The notes beneath the pieces were generated by a model. That model worked only from the letters and a program-made list of their open reading frames with translations, had not been told where the DNA came from and did no database searches. The position numbers and the translations under genes are program-made. A stretch of 64,000 nt of DNA. Source: Thermoplasmata archaeon. GTDB taxonomy: Archaea > Thermoplasmatota > Thermoplasmata > UBA10834. Location of the stretch: positions 17 to 64,016 of the forward strand of contig JALOTQ010000001.1 in assembly GCA_025457815.1 (NCBI GenBank), given 5' to 3'. Below are positions 30,431-40,404 of the stretch, piece after piece. Positions within the stretch are counted from its first letter, which is position 1. Every line of letters starts with the position of its first letter.

Positions 30431-30997
30431 ATGCGTAGGGAAGTCGTTTTCAGGAGGGTTGCGCACCTCCTCATCGCCCTCGCGCCGCTGTACTACGCGC
30501 TCCCGGTGGAGCTTCCGATACTCTCGGTGCACAGGTGGACCCTCGTGGTGGTTTTCTTCCTCGGCATATGCGCGTTCGAGGCCTACAGGCTGAAGAAGGG
30601 GATGACGTTCCTTGGTCTCAGGCCCCACGAAAGAGGCCAGATCGCCTCCTTCGCATGGGCAGCGGCGGGAATCGCCGCCGTCCTCTGGCTCTGCCCGCAC
30701 GATGTCGCCGCCGCAGCCCTCGTGGGCATGGCCTGCGTCGATCCTCTGGCCGGGGAGCTGAGGAAGGCGAAGGGCGACTCTGTCGCCGTCGTATCTTCGC
30801 TCGCGGCCTACTTCGTCCTGGCTTTCTCCGTTCTGTTCCTCTGGGAGTGGCGGGACGGCCTGCTGGTCGTGATCCTCGCAGCGGTTGGGTCGATTACTGC
30901 CGTGGGGGCGGAGAGGACCAAGGTGCGGTATGTCGACGACGACTTCCTGATGCTCGTTGTCCCGGGCGCCGCGATGACGTTGCTGACGCTGATCTGA
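30431..30997 (+). CDS. Dolichol/phytol kinase-like (CTP-dependent) membrane protein
   Basis: FRRVAH, LRPHE, DPLAG, AE..DDDFL; hydrophobic. Confidence 0.7.
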   Translation: MRREVVFRRVAHLLIALAPLYYALPVELPILSVHRWTLVVVFFLGICAFEAYRLKKGMTFLGLRPHERGQIASFAWAAAGIAAVLWLCPHDVAAAALVGMACVDPLAGELRKAKGDSVAVVSSLAAYFVLAFSVLFLWEWRDGLLVVILAAVGSITAVGAERTKVRYVDDDFLMLVVPGAAMTLLTLI

Positions 30998-31028
30998 GAA
31001 GTCCTAGCACGAAAAAGCCGCTGTGCGG

Positions 31029-31325
31029 CTAGGTAATGACTTCTAGCTTGCCGTACTTCCCCGCGCTGACCTGCAGGTTGTTCTTGTACGAAGATGCCCA
31101 GCCGTTCGTGATCCTCACCCTGGAGTTGACGTCAACCTTCTCGATGTCGTCGTTCCAGAGCGTAAGCGTCACGGTGTCCCCGTTGTCGTCCTGCCCGACA
31201 GCGTCGCAGACCCTTCCCGAGGATCCGCTCCACTTGGACTGGAACTCCCTGGGCTCCTTCTTCTCGACGATTGCGAGGACCAACTCGTCGACCTTAGACT
31301 TGTCCTTAAGCTCCTTTACCATCAT
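31029..31325 (-). CDS. Single OB-fold ssDNA-binding protein (SSB/RPA-like)
   Basis: EPREF..GRVCDAVGQDD..VTLTLWNDD..VRITNGW..LQVSAGKYG. Confidence 0.85.
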   Translation of the reverse strand: MMVKELKDKSKVDELVLAIVEKKEPREFQSKWSGSSGRVCDAVGQDDNGDTVTLTLWNDDIEKVDVNSRVRITNGWASSYKNNLQVSAGKYGKLEVIT

Positions 31326-31512
31326 CGGCCGCACGCCCTTCTGCCGTCAGTAGAGTCTCATCATACTTAAATATCACGCCCATCCGGAGCACCGGATGGG
31401 GCGCCTGCGCACCCCCAAGAAATGCGACATTTTCGGTCTAGCCAGATGGCGAAAAACGTTCATCTGACATTCCAATTAGGCTTATATGCCCACAACCGGA
31501 TAAGGGCAGTCC

Positions 31513-32010
31513 ATGACTAGGATCAAGGTAATCACCGAGCCCGCAGAGCTCGTACCGATGTTCCGGGCGGTGGATACCAAGGTCAAACGAGAGGTTCTCA
31601 AACTAGTGACTCTCGAATGGCACACCATAAGGGATATCGAGAAGCAGTTCGGCCCCGCGGGCAAGGATGCCCTCCTGTTCTTCGAGAAGATGAAGCTCGT
31701 CGAGACGAGGTGGCAGACCTCCCCCGAGCAGCAGCCCGAGAAGGCCTACCACACCTACTACACGTCCTTCCACATAAACGCCTCGTGGCCCGTCTACGAG
31801 ATAAGCGACGTCCTCGCGGCCGCCGTCATGGAAGAGAAGGAGTTCCAGAAGATCGAGAAGCAGATAGTGGACATGGTCGGTGCGCAGGGCAAGTTCGCGG
31901 GCGACGTGGCCGAGGTCCTGGGGGTAACTTTCACGATGCTCAAGAGCCTCGTCAAGAGGAGCACGAGGCTGGACTACCGGGGCCACCGCATAGAGCGGAT
32001 CAAGGAGTGA
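31513..32010 (+). CDS. Archaeal ArsR-like winged-helix protein
   Basis: VITEPAELVP, KMKLVETRW, PEKAYHTYY, VKRS..LDYRG. Confidence 0.75.
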   Translation: MTRIKVITEPAELVPMFRAVDTKVKREVLKLVTLEWHTIRDIEKQFGPAGKDALLFFEKMKLVETRWQTSPEQQPEKAYHTYYTSFHINASWPVYEISDVLAAAVMEEKEFQKIEKQIVDMVGAQGKFAGDVAEVLGVTFTMLKSLVKRSTRLDYRGHRIERIKE

Positions 32011-32025
32011 GCTGGGGTCTCCGAC

Positions 32026-32559
32026 ATGATAGTTGTTCTAAGGCTGGGCCATCGACCAACGAGGGACCAGCGAGTGACAACCCACGTGGCCCTGACCGCG
32101 CGCGCGCTGGGAGCGGACGAGGTGTGGGTATCGACCGAAGACGCCGGACTCGAGGCGACAGTCAGGGGGGTCGTCGAGCGCTTCGGTGGCAAGTTCAGGA
32201 TCAAGACCGGGGTCGAGTGGCGCAAGGCCATCAAGAACTGGAGGGGCGAGGTGGTGCACCTGACGATGTACGGGGAATCCCTCTCCAAGGCGCTCCCATC
32301 TCTCAGGGCCAAGGACCTCATGATAGTCGTCGGAGCCGAGAAGGTCCCGAGAGAGGTCTACGACCTGGCGGGCAGGAACATCAGCGTGGGTAACCAGCCG
32401 CACTCCGAGGTCGCGGCACTGGCCATATTCCTGGACAGGTACAGGAAAGGTAAATCCCTGGAGAAGGATTTCAAGGGGAGGCTTAGGATTGTTCCGAACC
32501 CGAGGGGGAAGACGGTAGTTGACCGGGGCAAGAAGCGAGGCCCGAGAGCTTCCAAGTAG
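32026..32559 (+). CDS. trm56: tRNA (cytidine-56-2'-O)-methyltransferase
   Basis: [50 protein letters not shown]. Confidence 0.95.
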   Translation: MIVVLRLGHRPTRDQRVTTHVALTARALGADEVWVSTEDAGLEATVRGVVERFGGKFRIKTGVEWRKAIKNWRGEVVHLTMYGESLSKALPSLRAKDLMIVVGAEKVPREVYDLAGRNISVGNQPHSEVAALAIFLDRYRKGKSLEKDFKGRLRIVPNPRGKTVVDRGKKRGPRASK

Positions 32560-33064
32560 GGACGAGTGCCTCGCGATCCTCCGCGAGCATGCCTGCAACG
32601 AAGAGGTGATCAAGCACTGCGTCGCCGTTTCCGCGCTCGCTGTCAAGATCGCCAAGAAATGTCGAGCGGACGTCGCTCTGGTGGAAGCTGGCGCGTTGCT
32701 CCACGACATTGGCAGGTGCAAGACGCACGGGATGGCGCACGCCGTCGAGGGGGCGAAGCTGGCCTCGAAGCTGGGCCTGCCTGGACCGATGGTGAGAATC
32801 ATCGAGAGGCATATCGGAGCCGGGATCACCGCAGAGGAGGCCGAGGCGCTCAACCTTCCGAAGAAGGACTACGTCCCACAGACCCTCGAAGAGAAGATAG
32901 TCGCCCACGCCGACAACCTGATATCAGGCGACCGGCGAACGAGCATCAAGGACGCGGTGTCTCATCTGGCCCGGAAGGAGCAGCACGACGCCGCCCTCAG
33001 AGTGCTCAGGCTCCACGAGGAGTTGTCCGATATCTGCGGCTCAAACATCGACGACATCTGGTGA
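32519..33064 (+). CDS. HD-domain (HDIG) phosphohydrolase
   Basis: [28 protein letters not shown]. Confidence 0.9.
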   Translation: MTGARSEARELPSRDECLAILREHACNEEVIKHCVAVSALAVKIAKKCRADVALVEAGALLHDIGRCKTHGMAHAVEGAKLASKLGLPGPMVRIIERHIGAGITAEEAEALNLPKKDYVPQTLEEKIVAHADNLISGDRRTSIKDAVSHLARKEQHDAALRVLRLHEELSDICGSNIDDIW

Positions 33065-33099
33065 GATTCCAGAGTCAGATTCTACTCAGAGGGTGGAGG

Positions 33100-33609
33100 T
33101 CACGGCTTGTATCTTGCGAAATCTCCCCTCTTGTGTGCGTCGCGGAGCGTGTGATAGGCCTCGGCATTCTTGATGGCGGCCTCCTTGAGGGTTTGGTCAT
33201 TCTCGCGCACGACCTTGGCGGGCACACCGACAACGAGACTACCGGGGGGCACCTTCATACCCTCCCGTACGAGCGCGTTGGCGCCGACCACGGAGCCGCT
33301 GCCTATCTCAGCACCGTCGAGAATTGACGAGTTCATGCCGACAATCACGAAGTCGCCCACCTTGGCCGCGTGGACTATCGCGCCGTGCCCGATAGAGACG
33401 TTCCTTCCGACAACGACATCATTGCCAGGATTGCCGTGAATCTGGCAGTGCTCCTGGACGCTGGAGCCCTCTCCTATCCTTACGCTGCACAGGTCGGCGC
33501 GGATGACCGCAAAGGGCCATACGCTGCATCCCTTCTCGATGACGACATCGCCGATTATGACTGCCTCTGGCGCGATGTAGCATGAAGGGTCTATCTGTGG
33601 CACAGGCAC
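33100..33609 (-). CDS. Gamma-carbonic-anhydrase family hexapeptide-repeat protein
   Basis: PQIDPS.YIAPEAVIIGDV, QEHCQIH, IGHGAIVH, GVPAK; GTG start approximate. Confidence 0.88.
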   Translation of the reverse strand: MPVPQIDPSCYIAPEAVIIGDVVIEKGCSVWPFAVIRADLCSVRIGEGSSVQEHCQIHGNPGNDVVVGRNVSIGHGAIVHAAKVGDFVIVGMNSSILDGAEIGSGSVVGANALVREGMKVPPGSLVVGVPAKVVRENDQTLKEAAIKNAEAYHTLRDAHKRGDFARYKP

Positions 33610-33641
33610 GAACGCCTGAGCGCAGGAATACGATAAATGCT

Positions 33642-33929
33642 TTATTCCTCGATGGGCAGCTTCTCCGCCTTCGGCTTCGGGCTCCTCTTGACGGCCACCC
33701 TCTTCGGGAAGTACTTCAGGATCACGATGTCCCCTATGGACGAGATCCATCTGTAGGGCACGTTGACCGACTTGGACCCCTCGACCATGAGCGGGTTGGT
33801 GTTCGTGACGAACAGTCCGTTGACCTTGTTCTCGTCGACGTCGACCACGAGGTTCCCGACATTCCCGAGGTAGATCCCTTGGCTGGTGTACACCTGCAAA
33901 CCTATGAGTTCAGAAGCTTCTTGGAGCAT
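33642..33929 (-). CDS. PRC-barrel protein (CdpB1-like)
   Basis: LIGLQVYT..G.YLG.V, VPYRWISSIGDIVIL. Confidence 0.85.
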   Translation of the reverse strand: MLQEASELIGLQVYTSQGIYLGNVGNLVVDVDENKVNGLFVTNTNPLMVEGSKSVNVPYRWISSIGDIVILKYFPKRVAVKRSPKPKAEKLPIEE

Positions 33930-34111
33930 CCGGCATCCCAGCGACCATATCACCATCCGCTCCTTAAAAGGTTTCTGCAGGCCAGCACGTCGCACTCAAG
34001 ACTTCGTCTTGAGGGGCCTAGGCCGTTCTGATTCGTCGCAGTCTTTAACTACGTCCGCCTCATTCGGTATTGCAGGAAAGAGGCACAATCGTGCAGAACT
34101 CGGTGGAGCAG

Positions 34112-34531
34112 ATGTCGTCTGAGGTCGAAGAAATCAAGCAGAGGAAGATGCAGGAAATGATGAAGCAGGTCTCTCCCGGGGACGACGGGGGCAATGGCTA
34201 CCCGGACCACCCGGTCGAGGTGTCCGACTCCAACTTCGAGGAGACCGTCAAGAAGTATCCGAAGGTCGTCGTCGACTGCTGGGCCCCGTGGTGTGGCCCC
34301 TGCAGGATGCTCTCTCCGACGATCGATGCGATGGCGAAGGACAACAAGGGCAAGGTCGTATTCGCCAAGCTGAACACCGACGACAATTTTGGGACCGCGG
34401 GAAAGTACAGGATCATGAGCATCCCGACGCTCCTATTCTTCAAGAACGGCCAGCTCGTCGACAAGATGATCGGCGCAGCTCCGAGGGCCGTCGTCGAGCA
34501 GAGCATGAACAAGGCTCTGTCCAAGAACTGA
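34112..34531 (+). CDS. trxA: Thioredoxin
   Basis: WAPWCGPC, SIPTLL; archaeal N-terminal helix EEIKQRKM. Confidence 0.93.
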   Translation: MSSEVEEIKQRKMQEMMKQVSPGDDGGNGYPDHPVEVSDSNFEETVKKYPKVVVDCWAPWCGPCRMLSPTIDAMAKDNKGKVVFAKLNTDDNFGTAGKYRIMSIPTLLFFKNGQLVDKMIGAAPRAVVEQSMNKALSKN

Positions 34532-34648
34532 GGATAATCCCCCAAGACCCACCCCATGTTTTTCTTTTTCTGTTGACTGCCTAGCGGACGCTCCGTCCTG
34601 TGCGCTGGAAAGTATAAATCGGTCTAATTCGCTGGTTACTCGAACACG

Positions 34649-35062
34649 ATGAACTTCGAGACGACTGTCGTCTGGAACCAGAAGTTCCCTGGCAAGATAC
34701 ACTGCCAGAACGGTCAGGTCATTGAATACTCGGCTCCAGTGGAGCTCAAAGGAATGCAGGGCACGCTTACACCCGAAGATGCATTCGTCGGCGCCGCCAA
34801 CATGTGCTATCAGATCGTCTTCCAGTACGTGTCGAGGGATCTCGGGATCGACCTCGTAGAGTACCGATGCAAGGCGGTCGGCGATCTGGAGGTGGTCGAC
34901 GGCGTCAAGAAGTTCGTCAAGATCACCCTCTATCCGGAGATGCGCTTCGCCCCAGGCTCGAACATGTCCAATCTGGAGAAGGCCATATCGACCACGAAGC
35001 GCAAATGCCTCGTCACGAACTCCATGGATCTCGAGGTCGATGTCGTTCCGAAGGTGCTCTGA
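34649..35062 (+). CDS. OsmC family protein
   Basis: TPEDAFVGAANMC ... KCLVTNSM. Confidence 0.85.
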   Translation: MNFETTVVWNQKFPGKIHCQNGQVIEYSAPVELKGMQGTLTPEDAFVGAANMCYQIVFQYVSRDLGIDLVEYRCKAVGDLEVVDGVKKFVKITLYPEMRFAPGSNMSNLEKAISTTKRKCLVTNSMDLEVDVVPKVL

Positions 35063-35796
35063 TGTGTCGGATGGTCGGAGTCGTCTTCACCAAGGATTTC
35101 CCGACCGGAACGCTGAACGACCTCAGGCATGTCGCCGAGGTCGGCCAGGTGCCTGGAGAGGAGGAGAGGGGCCACAGGGACGGCTGGGGCATCGTCTCGT
35201 TTCGCTCTGGGTCACCTAGATACATCGGCCGAAGCCCAAGATCGATGCACCTCGACCCGTCGTTCGATTCCGCTCTTGAAGACGTCCTCAAGCTCGAGCC
35301 CCCGACCATTCTGATTGCGCATGCCAGGGCAGCATCGACCGGCAGCGCTTCGATCCCGAACACACATCCGTTCATCGTAGATGGTACAGTGCTGGGTCAC
35401 AACGGGACCATCAAGGACTTCCAGCCACGCACGAAGCGGTCACCCAAGGGCGAGACGGACAGCGAAAGGCTCGCGCTTCTGCTTGGAGACAGGATGGATG
35501 AGTTGGGAGCACTCAAGACCGCTCTCAAGTCAGTCATACTGGAGGACCTCGCGTCCAAGGAGTCCACGGCTCTGGTGATCCTGGCCTCAGACGGCGAGAG
35601 GCTCTACGGGTATCGGGATTACGCCAGGGAGGACAGGGCAGACTACTACGACCTCAGGATTGCCAAGTGCGAGGGGTACGTTGCGCTCTTTCAGGAGAGC
35701 TTCATGGGATACTGCGGGCGCATCTCCCGTGTGAAGAAGGGAGAGCTCGTTTCTGTAGACCTGGATCTGACCGTCAAGAGGGAGATGCTCCTCTAG
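35062..35796 (+). CDS. Class II glutamine amidotransferase-like protein
   Basis: MCRM N-terminal Cys, HRDGWG, AHAR, NTHPF, HNGT, ETDSE; ATG overlaps the upstream TGA. Confidence 0.88.
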   Translation: MCRMVGVVFTKDFPTGTLNDLRHVAEVGQVPGEEERGHRDGWGIVSFRSGSPRYIGRSPRSMHLDPSFDSALEDVLKLEPPTILIAHARAASTGSASIPNTHPFIVDGTVLGHNGTIKDFQPRTKRSPKGETDSERLALLLGDRMDELGALKTALKSVILEDLASKESTALVILASDGERLYGYRDYAREDRADYYDLRIAKCEGYVALFQESFMGYCGRISRVKKGELVSVDLDLTVKREMLL

Positions 35797-36314
35797 ACCT
35801 TCGACTTCCTCGCAGCGACCTTGATGGCCTCTGTCACGCTGTCCTTCGGGACGATAGTCGCAATGGGAATGTCGAGGATCTTCTCTATGGTCGGGCTCAC
35901 GATGGGCGCGCACACCACCGCCACCGCTCCATCTCTCTCCGCTCTGATGGATGACACGATTGCGTCCTCGACGGTCGCTGCCGGATATTCCCTGATCTTG
36001 ACCGTTTCTCCACCGATCTGCACCGACCTCTCGACGACCTCGTCCAGGACGCGCCTCGTGACAATCAATGCGATGAAATTCCCGGCGCGCATGCCTTCCG
36101 CCTCCCGTATCGCGTTGAGTATCTTCCTCAGCACCTCCAGGCTCGGCGACCTCGTCTCGTTCGTGATCTTGTAGAGCGCGCTCGGAGACACTCCGGCCTT
36201 CTTCGAAAGCTCCTGTATGGTCCAACCGAGCGTATCCAGCGTCTCGAGCAGGACCTCGCTGAACCTCGTGTCGGATTCCAACGCGGCCTTTTGAAGATTC
36301 CTCGCCTTGTCCAT
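35793..36314 (-). CDS. XRE-family HTH regulator with C-terminal ligand-binding-like domain
   Basis: TIQELSKKAGVSPSALYKI..RSPSL; AERDGA.AVVCAPIVS. Confidence 0.85.
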   Translation of the reverse strand: MDKARNLQKAALESDTRFSEVLLETLDTLGWTIQELSKKAGVSPSALYKITNETRSPSLEVLRKILNAIREAEGMRAGNFIALIVTRRVLDEVVERSVQIGGETVKIREYPAATVEDAIVSSIRAERDGAVAVVCAPIVSPTIEKILDIPIATIVPKDSVTEAIKVAARKSKV

Positions 36315-36351
36315 CTGTTCTCCCTGAAGTGATAATATTGAACTGCATATT

Positions 36352-36365
36352 TATACAATTGTATA
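36352..36365. promoter_or_regulatory. Perfect palindrome TATACAATTGTATA between the XRE regulator and the ABC operon, candidate operator
   Basis: 14-bp perfect inverted repeat; related TACATTTGT about 10 bp downstream. Confidence 0.55.
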
Positions 36366-36436
36366 TGGTAATCAGTACATTTGTGGAAAAACCTAAATAA
36401 GATGGGCCTCAATCAAGAGGTTCAGAGGCGCTTGAT

Positions 36437-37579
36437 ATGGAGAGGAATGTCCTTTACGCGATTGTCGTGGCTGCGATCGTAATCGTCTCGAGCGCGGCCG
36501 CTGTCTACGTCCTGACCGGGGACGATGAGCCAAAGGAGAAGTACCCCGTCTACTTCGTCACCATGGGCGTATCTAGCATGAAAGGTGCGCTTGCGAGCGG
36601 GGAGATCGACGGTTTCATCGCCTGGGAACCATTCGGGTCCGAGGCGATACTGGAGGATCTGGGGGAGCCTCTGATATGGTCGGGCGAGATCATGCCGAAC
36701 CACCCTTGTTGCGTTGTTGTTGCCTCGACTGACTACCTGGAGCTCGACCTCGGAGGAGGACTGACCGGCGCATCGATGACGTCCAGATTCGTCAAGGCGC
36801 ACATAGAGGCGACGAGCTGGATGGTCGACGCGCTGGACGACAAGGACAGCGCCAACTACACTCTGCTTGTGGAGCTGGGCGTCCAGTTCACAGGCAAGAG
36901 TGAGGCCATCGTCGAGTCCGCGTTGGACCACATGAAATATGGATACGAGATGGACCAGACGTTCATGGAAGGCATAACGAACTTCACGGAGATGTTCATC
37001 GTCGGCGGAGCGATATCTGAAGACAAGCTCGCGATTGGTGGCTACGAGGATGTGGACGATTTCGTGGATCAGTATACCAACGAGACCTTCCTGGATGCAG
37101 AGAGCGCCGTTCAGCCGAGCGACGTGATACTCAATCCGGACGACCCAGTGAGGATTGGCTTCCTCAAGTCCGACATCCACGAGCTCGCACAATGGGTTGC
37201 CCAGAACACCACAGTGGGCGGAGGCGCAAAGAGCCTCTTCGAGACGTACGGTGTCAACGTGGTCAACGCGAGCGCGGTCGGGGGATACGCGAGCGGCCCC
37301 GAGGAGATGGACAAGTTCGCGGCTGGCGAAGTGGACATAGGATACCTCGGATGCGCCCCTGCGATCCAGAAGCACCTCAACGCACAAGTTCACACTGTCA
37401 TAGTCGCGCAGGCGAACAGTGAAGGCAGCGCGATAGTCGTCGAGGCCGATGCGGGCATCGAATCTATAGACGACCTTCAGAACAAGACGATAGCTGTTCC
37501 CTCGACAGGAACGATCCAGTTCGTCCTGCTGAAGAGGGCAGTGAATGACGAGGGGCTGGAACTCAAGCTCAAGACATGA
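36437..37579 (+). CDS. SsuA/TauA/NMT1-type ABC solute-binding protein, circularly permuted
   Basis: N-terminal TM anchor; GEIDGFIAWEP..HPCC block precedes the VRIGFL..DIGYLG..EGSAIVV..KTIAVP block. Confidence 0.88.
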   Translation: MERNVLYAIVVAAIVIVSSAAAVYVLTGDDEPKEKYPVYFVTMGVSSMKGALASGEIDGFIAWEPFGSEAILEDLGEPLIWSGEIMPNHPCCVVVASTDYLELDLGGGLTGASMTSRFVKAHIEATSWMVDALDDKDSANYTLLVELGVQFTGKSEAIVESALDHMKYGYEMDQTFMEGITNFTEMFIVGGAISEDKLAIGGYEDVDDFVDQYTNETFLDAESAVQPSDVILNPDDPVRIGFLKSDIHELAQWVAQNTTVGGGAKSLFETYGVNVVNASAVGGYASGPEEMDKFAAGEVDIGYLGCAPAIQKHLNAQVHTVIVAQANSEGSAIVVEADAGIESIDDLQNKTIAVPSTGTIQFVLLKRAVNDEGLELKLKT

Positions 37580-37631
37580 ACGACGAGGCGCATCTCTCCA
37601 CCCACGGGGTTCATAGAGGGAAAGTAACGGT

Positions 37632-38459
37632 ATGACCAACGACCCGCTCAAGGCTCTGAATAAGAAGTTGAAGGACAACTGGACGCAGTACCTGCTCGCG
37701 GTCATTTCGATCGCCGTGTTCATAGCGGCCTGGCATCTGTACGCGGCATACCTTCACGAGAATGACAGCGGCTACCAGGGATACATCCCCTATCCGCTCG
37801 ACGTGGCGGAGGCGCTGGTCGATTCGTTCCGATATGAGGACCCCAACCTCGGCCTCACGATGTTCGACCACATCGCGGCGAGTCTGGAGAGGATTCTCCT
37901 CGGGTTCGTCATCGCCATAGTCATCGCTGTCCCCCTCGGCTTGCTCATGGGCACGTTCAGAAAGGCCGATGCCGTTGGACGGCCGATTGTGGAGTTGATT
38001 CGTCCCATCCCGCCGCTCGCGTGGATACCGATATTCATCGTCGTACTGGGCATGCTCTGGGGGCCAGTCGCGATCGTCGCCCTCGGCATCTTCTTCCCAG
38101 TCCTTCTGAACGTCATGTTCGGAGTCAGGAGCGTCGAGCCGACGTTGATGGATGCTGCGAAGACACTTGGCGCGAACAGGAGCCAGATGTTCCTCAAGGT
38201 TGTGCTGCCCTTCACCACGCCCTATCTGATGACCGGCGTCAAGGTCGGCCTCGGAATCGGATGGATGTGCATAGTCGCAGCGGAGATGGTGGGCAACTAT
38301 GGCGGAGGCGTGGGGTACTTCATCAAAGACACTGCTGACGTCGGCGCATTCGAGTACATGTATGCAGGGATGATAGTGATCGGATTGCTGGGGATACTGA
38401 CCACGGGCGTGGCGGGTCTCATCGAAGGGAGGCTGAGCAGATGGATGGGCATGAAGTGA
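37632..38459 (+). CDS. SsuC/TauC-type ABC permease
   Basis: [28 protein letters not shown]. Confidence 0.92.
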   Translation: MTNDPLKALNKKLKDNWTQYLLAVISIAVFIAAWHLYAAYLHENDSGYQGYIPYPLDVAEALVDSFRYEDPNLGLTMFDHIAASLERILLGFVIAIVIAVPLGLLMGTFRKADAVGRPIVELIRPIPPLAWIPIFIVVLGMLWGPVAIVALGIFFPVLLNVMFGVRSVEPTLMDAAKTLGANRSQMFLKVVLPFTTPYLMTGVKVGLGIGWMCIVAAEMVGNYGGGVGYFIKDTADVGAFEYMYAGMIVIGLLGILTTGVAGLIEGRLSRWMGMK

Positions 38460-39241
38460 ACCCCTGCATCGACATCCAGGACCTGTTCAAGACCTTCGTG
38501 AAGGGTCGGAAAGAGGTCAGGGCTCTTGCGAACTTCAGCCTGGCCGTGCCAGATGCCCAGTTCGTGTGTCTCCTGGGGCCGTCGGGCTGTGGCAAGACCA
38601 CGGTGCTTCGGATCCTCGCGGGTCTTGAGACGAAGTCCGGCGGCATGGTCAAGGTCAAAGGCCGCGAAGTGTCGCGGGCCGGCTCGGACCGGGGGATGGT
38701 CTTCCAGGAGTTCGCGCTGTTCCCATGGCGCACCGTCAGGAAGAACATCGAGTTCGGCCTGGAGATCAGGAACATGCCTGAGACCGAGCGGAGGAAGCTC
38801 TCGTCGAAGTACATAGACCTGGTCGGCCTGGGCGGCTTCGAGGACGCCCACCCTAAGGAGCTCTCGGGAGGGATGAAGCAGCGCGTGGGCATCGCGCGCG
38901 CCTTGGCGAACGAACCCGCGGTCCTTCTGATGGACGAGCCCTTCGGTTCCCTGGACGCACAGACCAGGAACCTGATGCAGAAGGAACTGCTCAGGATCTG
39001 GTCCGCGACGAGGAAGACGATTCTCTTCGTCACGCACTCCGTCGACGAGGCGGTGTTCCTCGCCGACAGGATCGTCGTCATGACAGCGCGGCCCGGGAAG
39101 GTGCGCGAGGACATCGCGGTGGACCTCCCGAGGCCGAGGGACAGGACCAGCAGTGACTTCATCTCGGTGAGAGGGAGAGTGTTGGCCGAGCTCGACGAGG
39201 AGTTCGAGAAGGCGAGGGCGAAGGAACTGTCCCCGGACTGA
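38441..39241 (+). CDS. SsuB/TauB-type ABC ATPase
   Basis: [31 protein letters not shown]. Confidence 0.93.
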   Translation: MDGHEVNPCIDIQDLFKTFVKGRKEVRALANFSLAVPDAQFVCLLGPSGCGKTTVLRILAGLETKSGGMVKVKGREVSRAGSDRGMVFQEFALFPWRTVRKNIEFGLEIRNMPETERRKLSSKYIDLVGLGGFEDAHPKELSGGMKQRVGIARALANEPAVLLMDEPFGSLDAQTRNLMQKELLRIWSATRKTILFVTHSVDEAVFLADRIVVMTARPGKVREDIAVDLPRPRDRTSSDFISVRGRVLAELDEEFEKARAKELSPD

Positions 39242-39285
39242 GTCAACGACAATGCTTAACTATTAACGCCTCGATTCAGACCTAC

Positions 39286-39765
39286 ATGGGCTTCGAGCTA
39301 AATGTCGTCAGCAACACCCCTTTGACTCCTCTGAGCGACATCGACGAGGTCGCTATCCTGTTCCTGAACCAGATCGGCTACTTCCCGAAGGGTTACGACC
39401 CAAAGACAGACGTCACGGACATCAGGGACAGCGTGCCATACAAGCTGATGGTTGACTACTTCCTCGTGAGGATGGAAAAGGCATGGGTTGTCGAGGACCT
39501 GGCCACTGGTCTCGGCACGACCAAGGCTACTGTGTACAGGCACATCAACAAGCTGAAGGGGTTCGACATCCTGGAAGAGCAGAATGTGGAGGATTCCCAA
39601 GGCGCTCTCAGGAAGGGGTATAGGATCCGATACGGGAACCTGAGCAAGGCCTGGAACTTTACTGAGGCGCACGTGCAGGTCGCGATGGAGAACTACAGGA
39701 AGACCATCGACCACCTGCAGGATCTAGCAGGTAAGAAGGGTGAGAAGCATGCAAAGAAAAGATGA
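39286..39765 (+). CDS. Winged-HTH protein
   Basis: VEDLATGLGTTKATVYRHINKLK HTH followed by wing KGYRIR. Confidence 0.8.
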   Translation: MGFELNVVSNTPLTPLSDIDEVAILFLNQIGYFPKGYDPKTDVTDIRDSVPYKLMVDYFLVRMEKAWVVEDLATGLGTTKATVYRHINKLKGFDILEEQNVEDSQGALRKGYRIRYGNLSKAWNFTEAHVQVAMENYRKTIDHLQDLAGKKGEKHAKKR

Positions 39766-40033
39766 GGCGATCGTGCTCACGCCGGGGTCTCTGTACAGGG
39801 TCAAGAGCCTGGAGGCCAGAGACAAGCCGATGGAGACCTACGGGACGTTCAAAGGGTACGCCGCGATTGCGCACGACACCGCCCTCGTGATGGAGCTGGA
39901 CAAGAGCCACGGCGAAGACAAGGGCAGGATGCGCCTTATACCGTCTCACATGATCATCTCGATCGACGTCCTGAAGGCTGAGAAGGAGAAGGAAGAGAAG
40001 GAGGCCGAGAGCACGTCGGTCTACTTCGGCTGA
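39749..40033 (+). CDS. Small hypothetical protein, possibly Sm/SH3-like beta barrel
   Basis: G.FKGY...LVME...RLIP.HMI..IDV pattern with charged tail; ATG 39749. Confidence 0.7.
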   Translation: MQRKDEAIVLTPGSLYRVKSLEARDKPMETYGTFKGYAAIAHDTALVMELDKSHGEDKGRMRLIPSHMIISIDVLKAEKEKEEKEAESTSVYFG

Positions 40034-40039
40034 GCGGTC

Positions 40040-40339
40040 ATGACTGTGCAAGTGGACGCGCTGCAGGCGCGCATCCTGGCGATCCTCAAGGACTGGTATC
40101 CCATAACCGTGGAAGAGCTCAGGGACGAGCTGTCGCTCCCGAGCGGCGTGCTCGAGCGCTCATTGAAGGGCCTGATGGTCAAAGGCGTCGTCGCCCTGGA
40201 ACCGCTGAGCGATAAGACCTACATCCGGTTGCTAGTGCCGGAAATCGTCTTCGAGGTCGACAAGAAGTCCTCGGGCAAGCGCAGGAAGCCGCGCCCGCTC
40301 AGGGAGCCGGCGGCGGACGATTCTATCATGTACAGGTGA
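40040..40339 (+). CDS. Small winged-HTH protein
   Basis: ILAILKDWYPITVEELRDEL..LERSLKGL..KGVV.LEPL..KTYIRL. Confidence 0.75.
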   Translation: MTVQVDALQARILAILKDWYPITVEELRDELSLPSGVLERSLKGLMVKGVVALEPLSDKTYIRLLVPEIVFEVDKKSSGKRRKPRPLREPAADDSIMYR

Positions 40340-40404
40340 TTCGCGCGGCGCGTGCGCGCGCATCCGATAAGTAGATATCACAACCCTTCATCTCAGAGGT
40401 CGCG

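Noticed and set aside
32557-33327. TAG read-through (pyrrolysine) from trm56 into the long same-frame ORF
   Set aside because: The downstream frame is Arg/Gly-rich off-frame sequence; the real HD protein is in another frame
36422-37723. 433-aa minus-strand ORF
   Set aside because: Antisense to the solute-binding protein; no motifs
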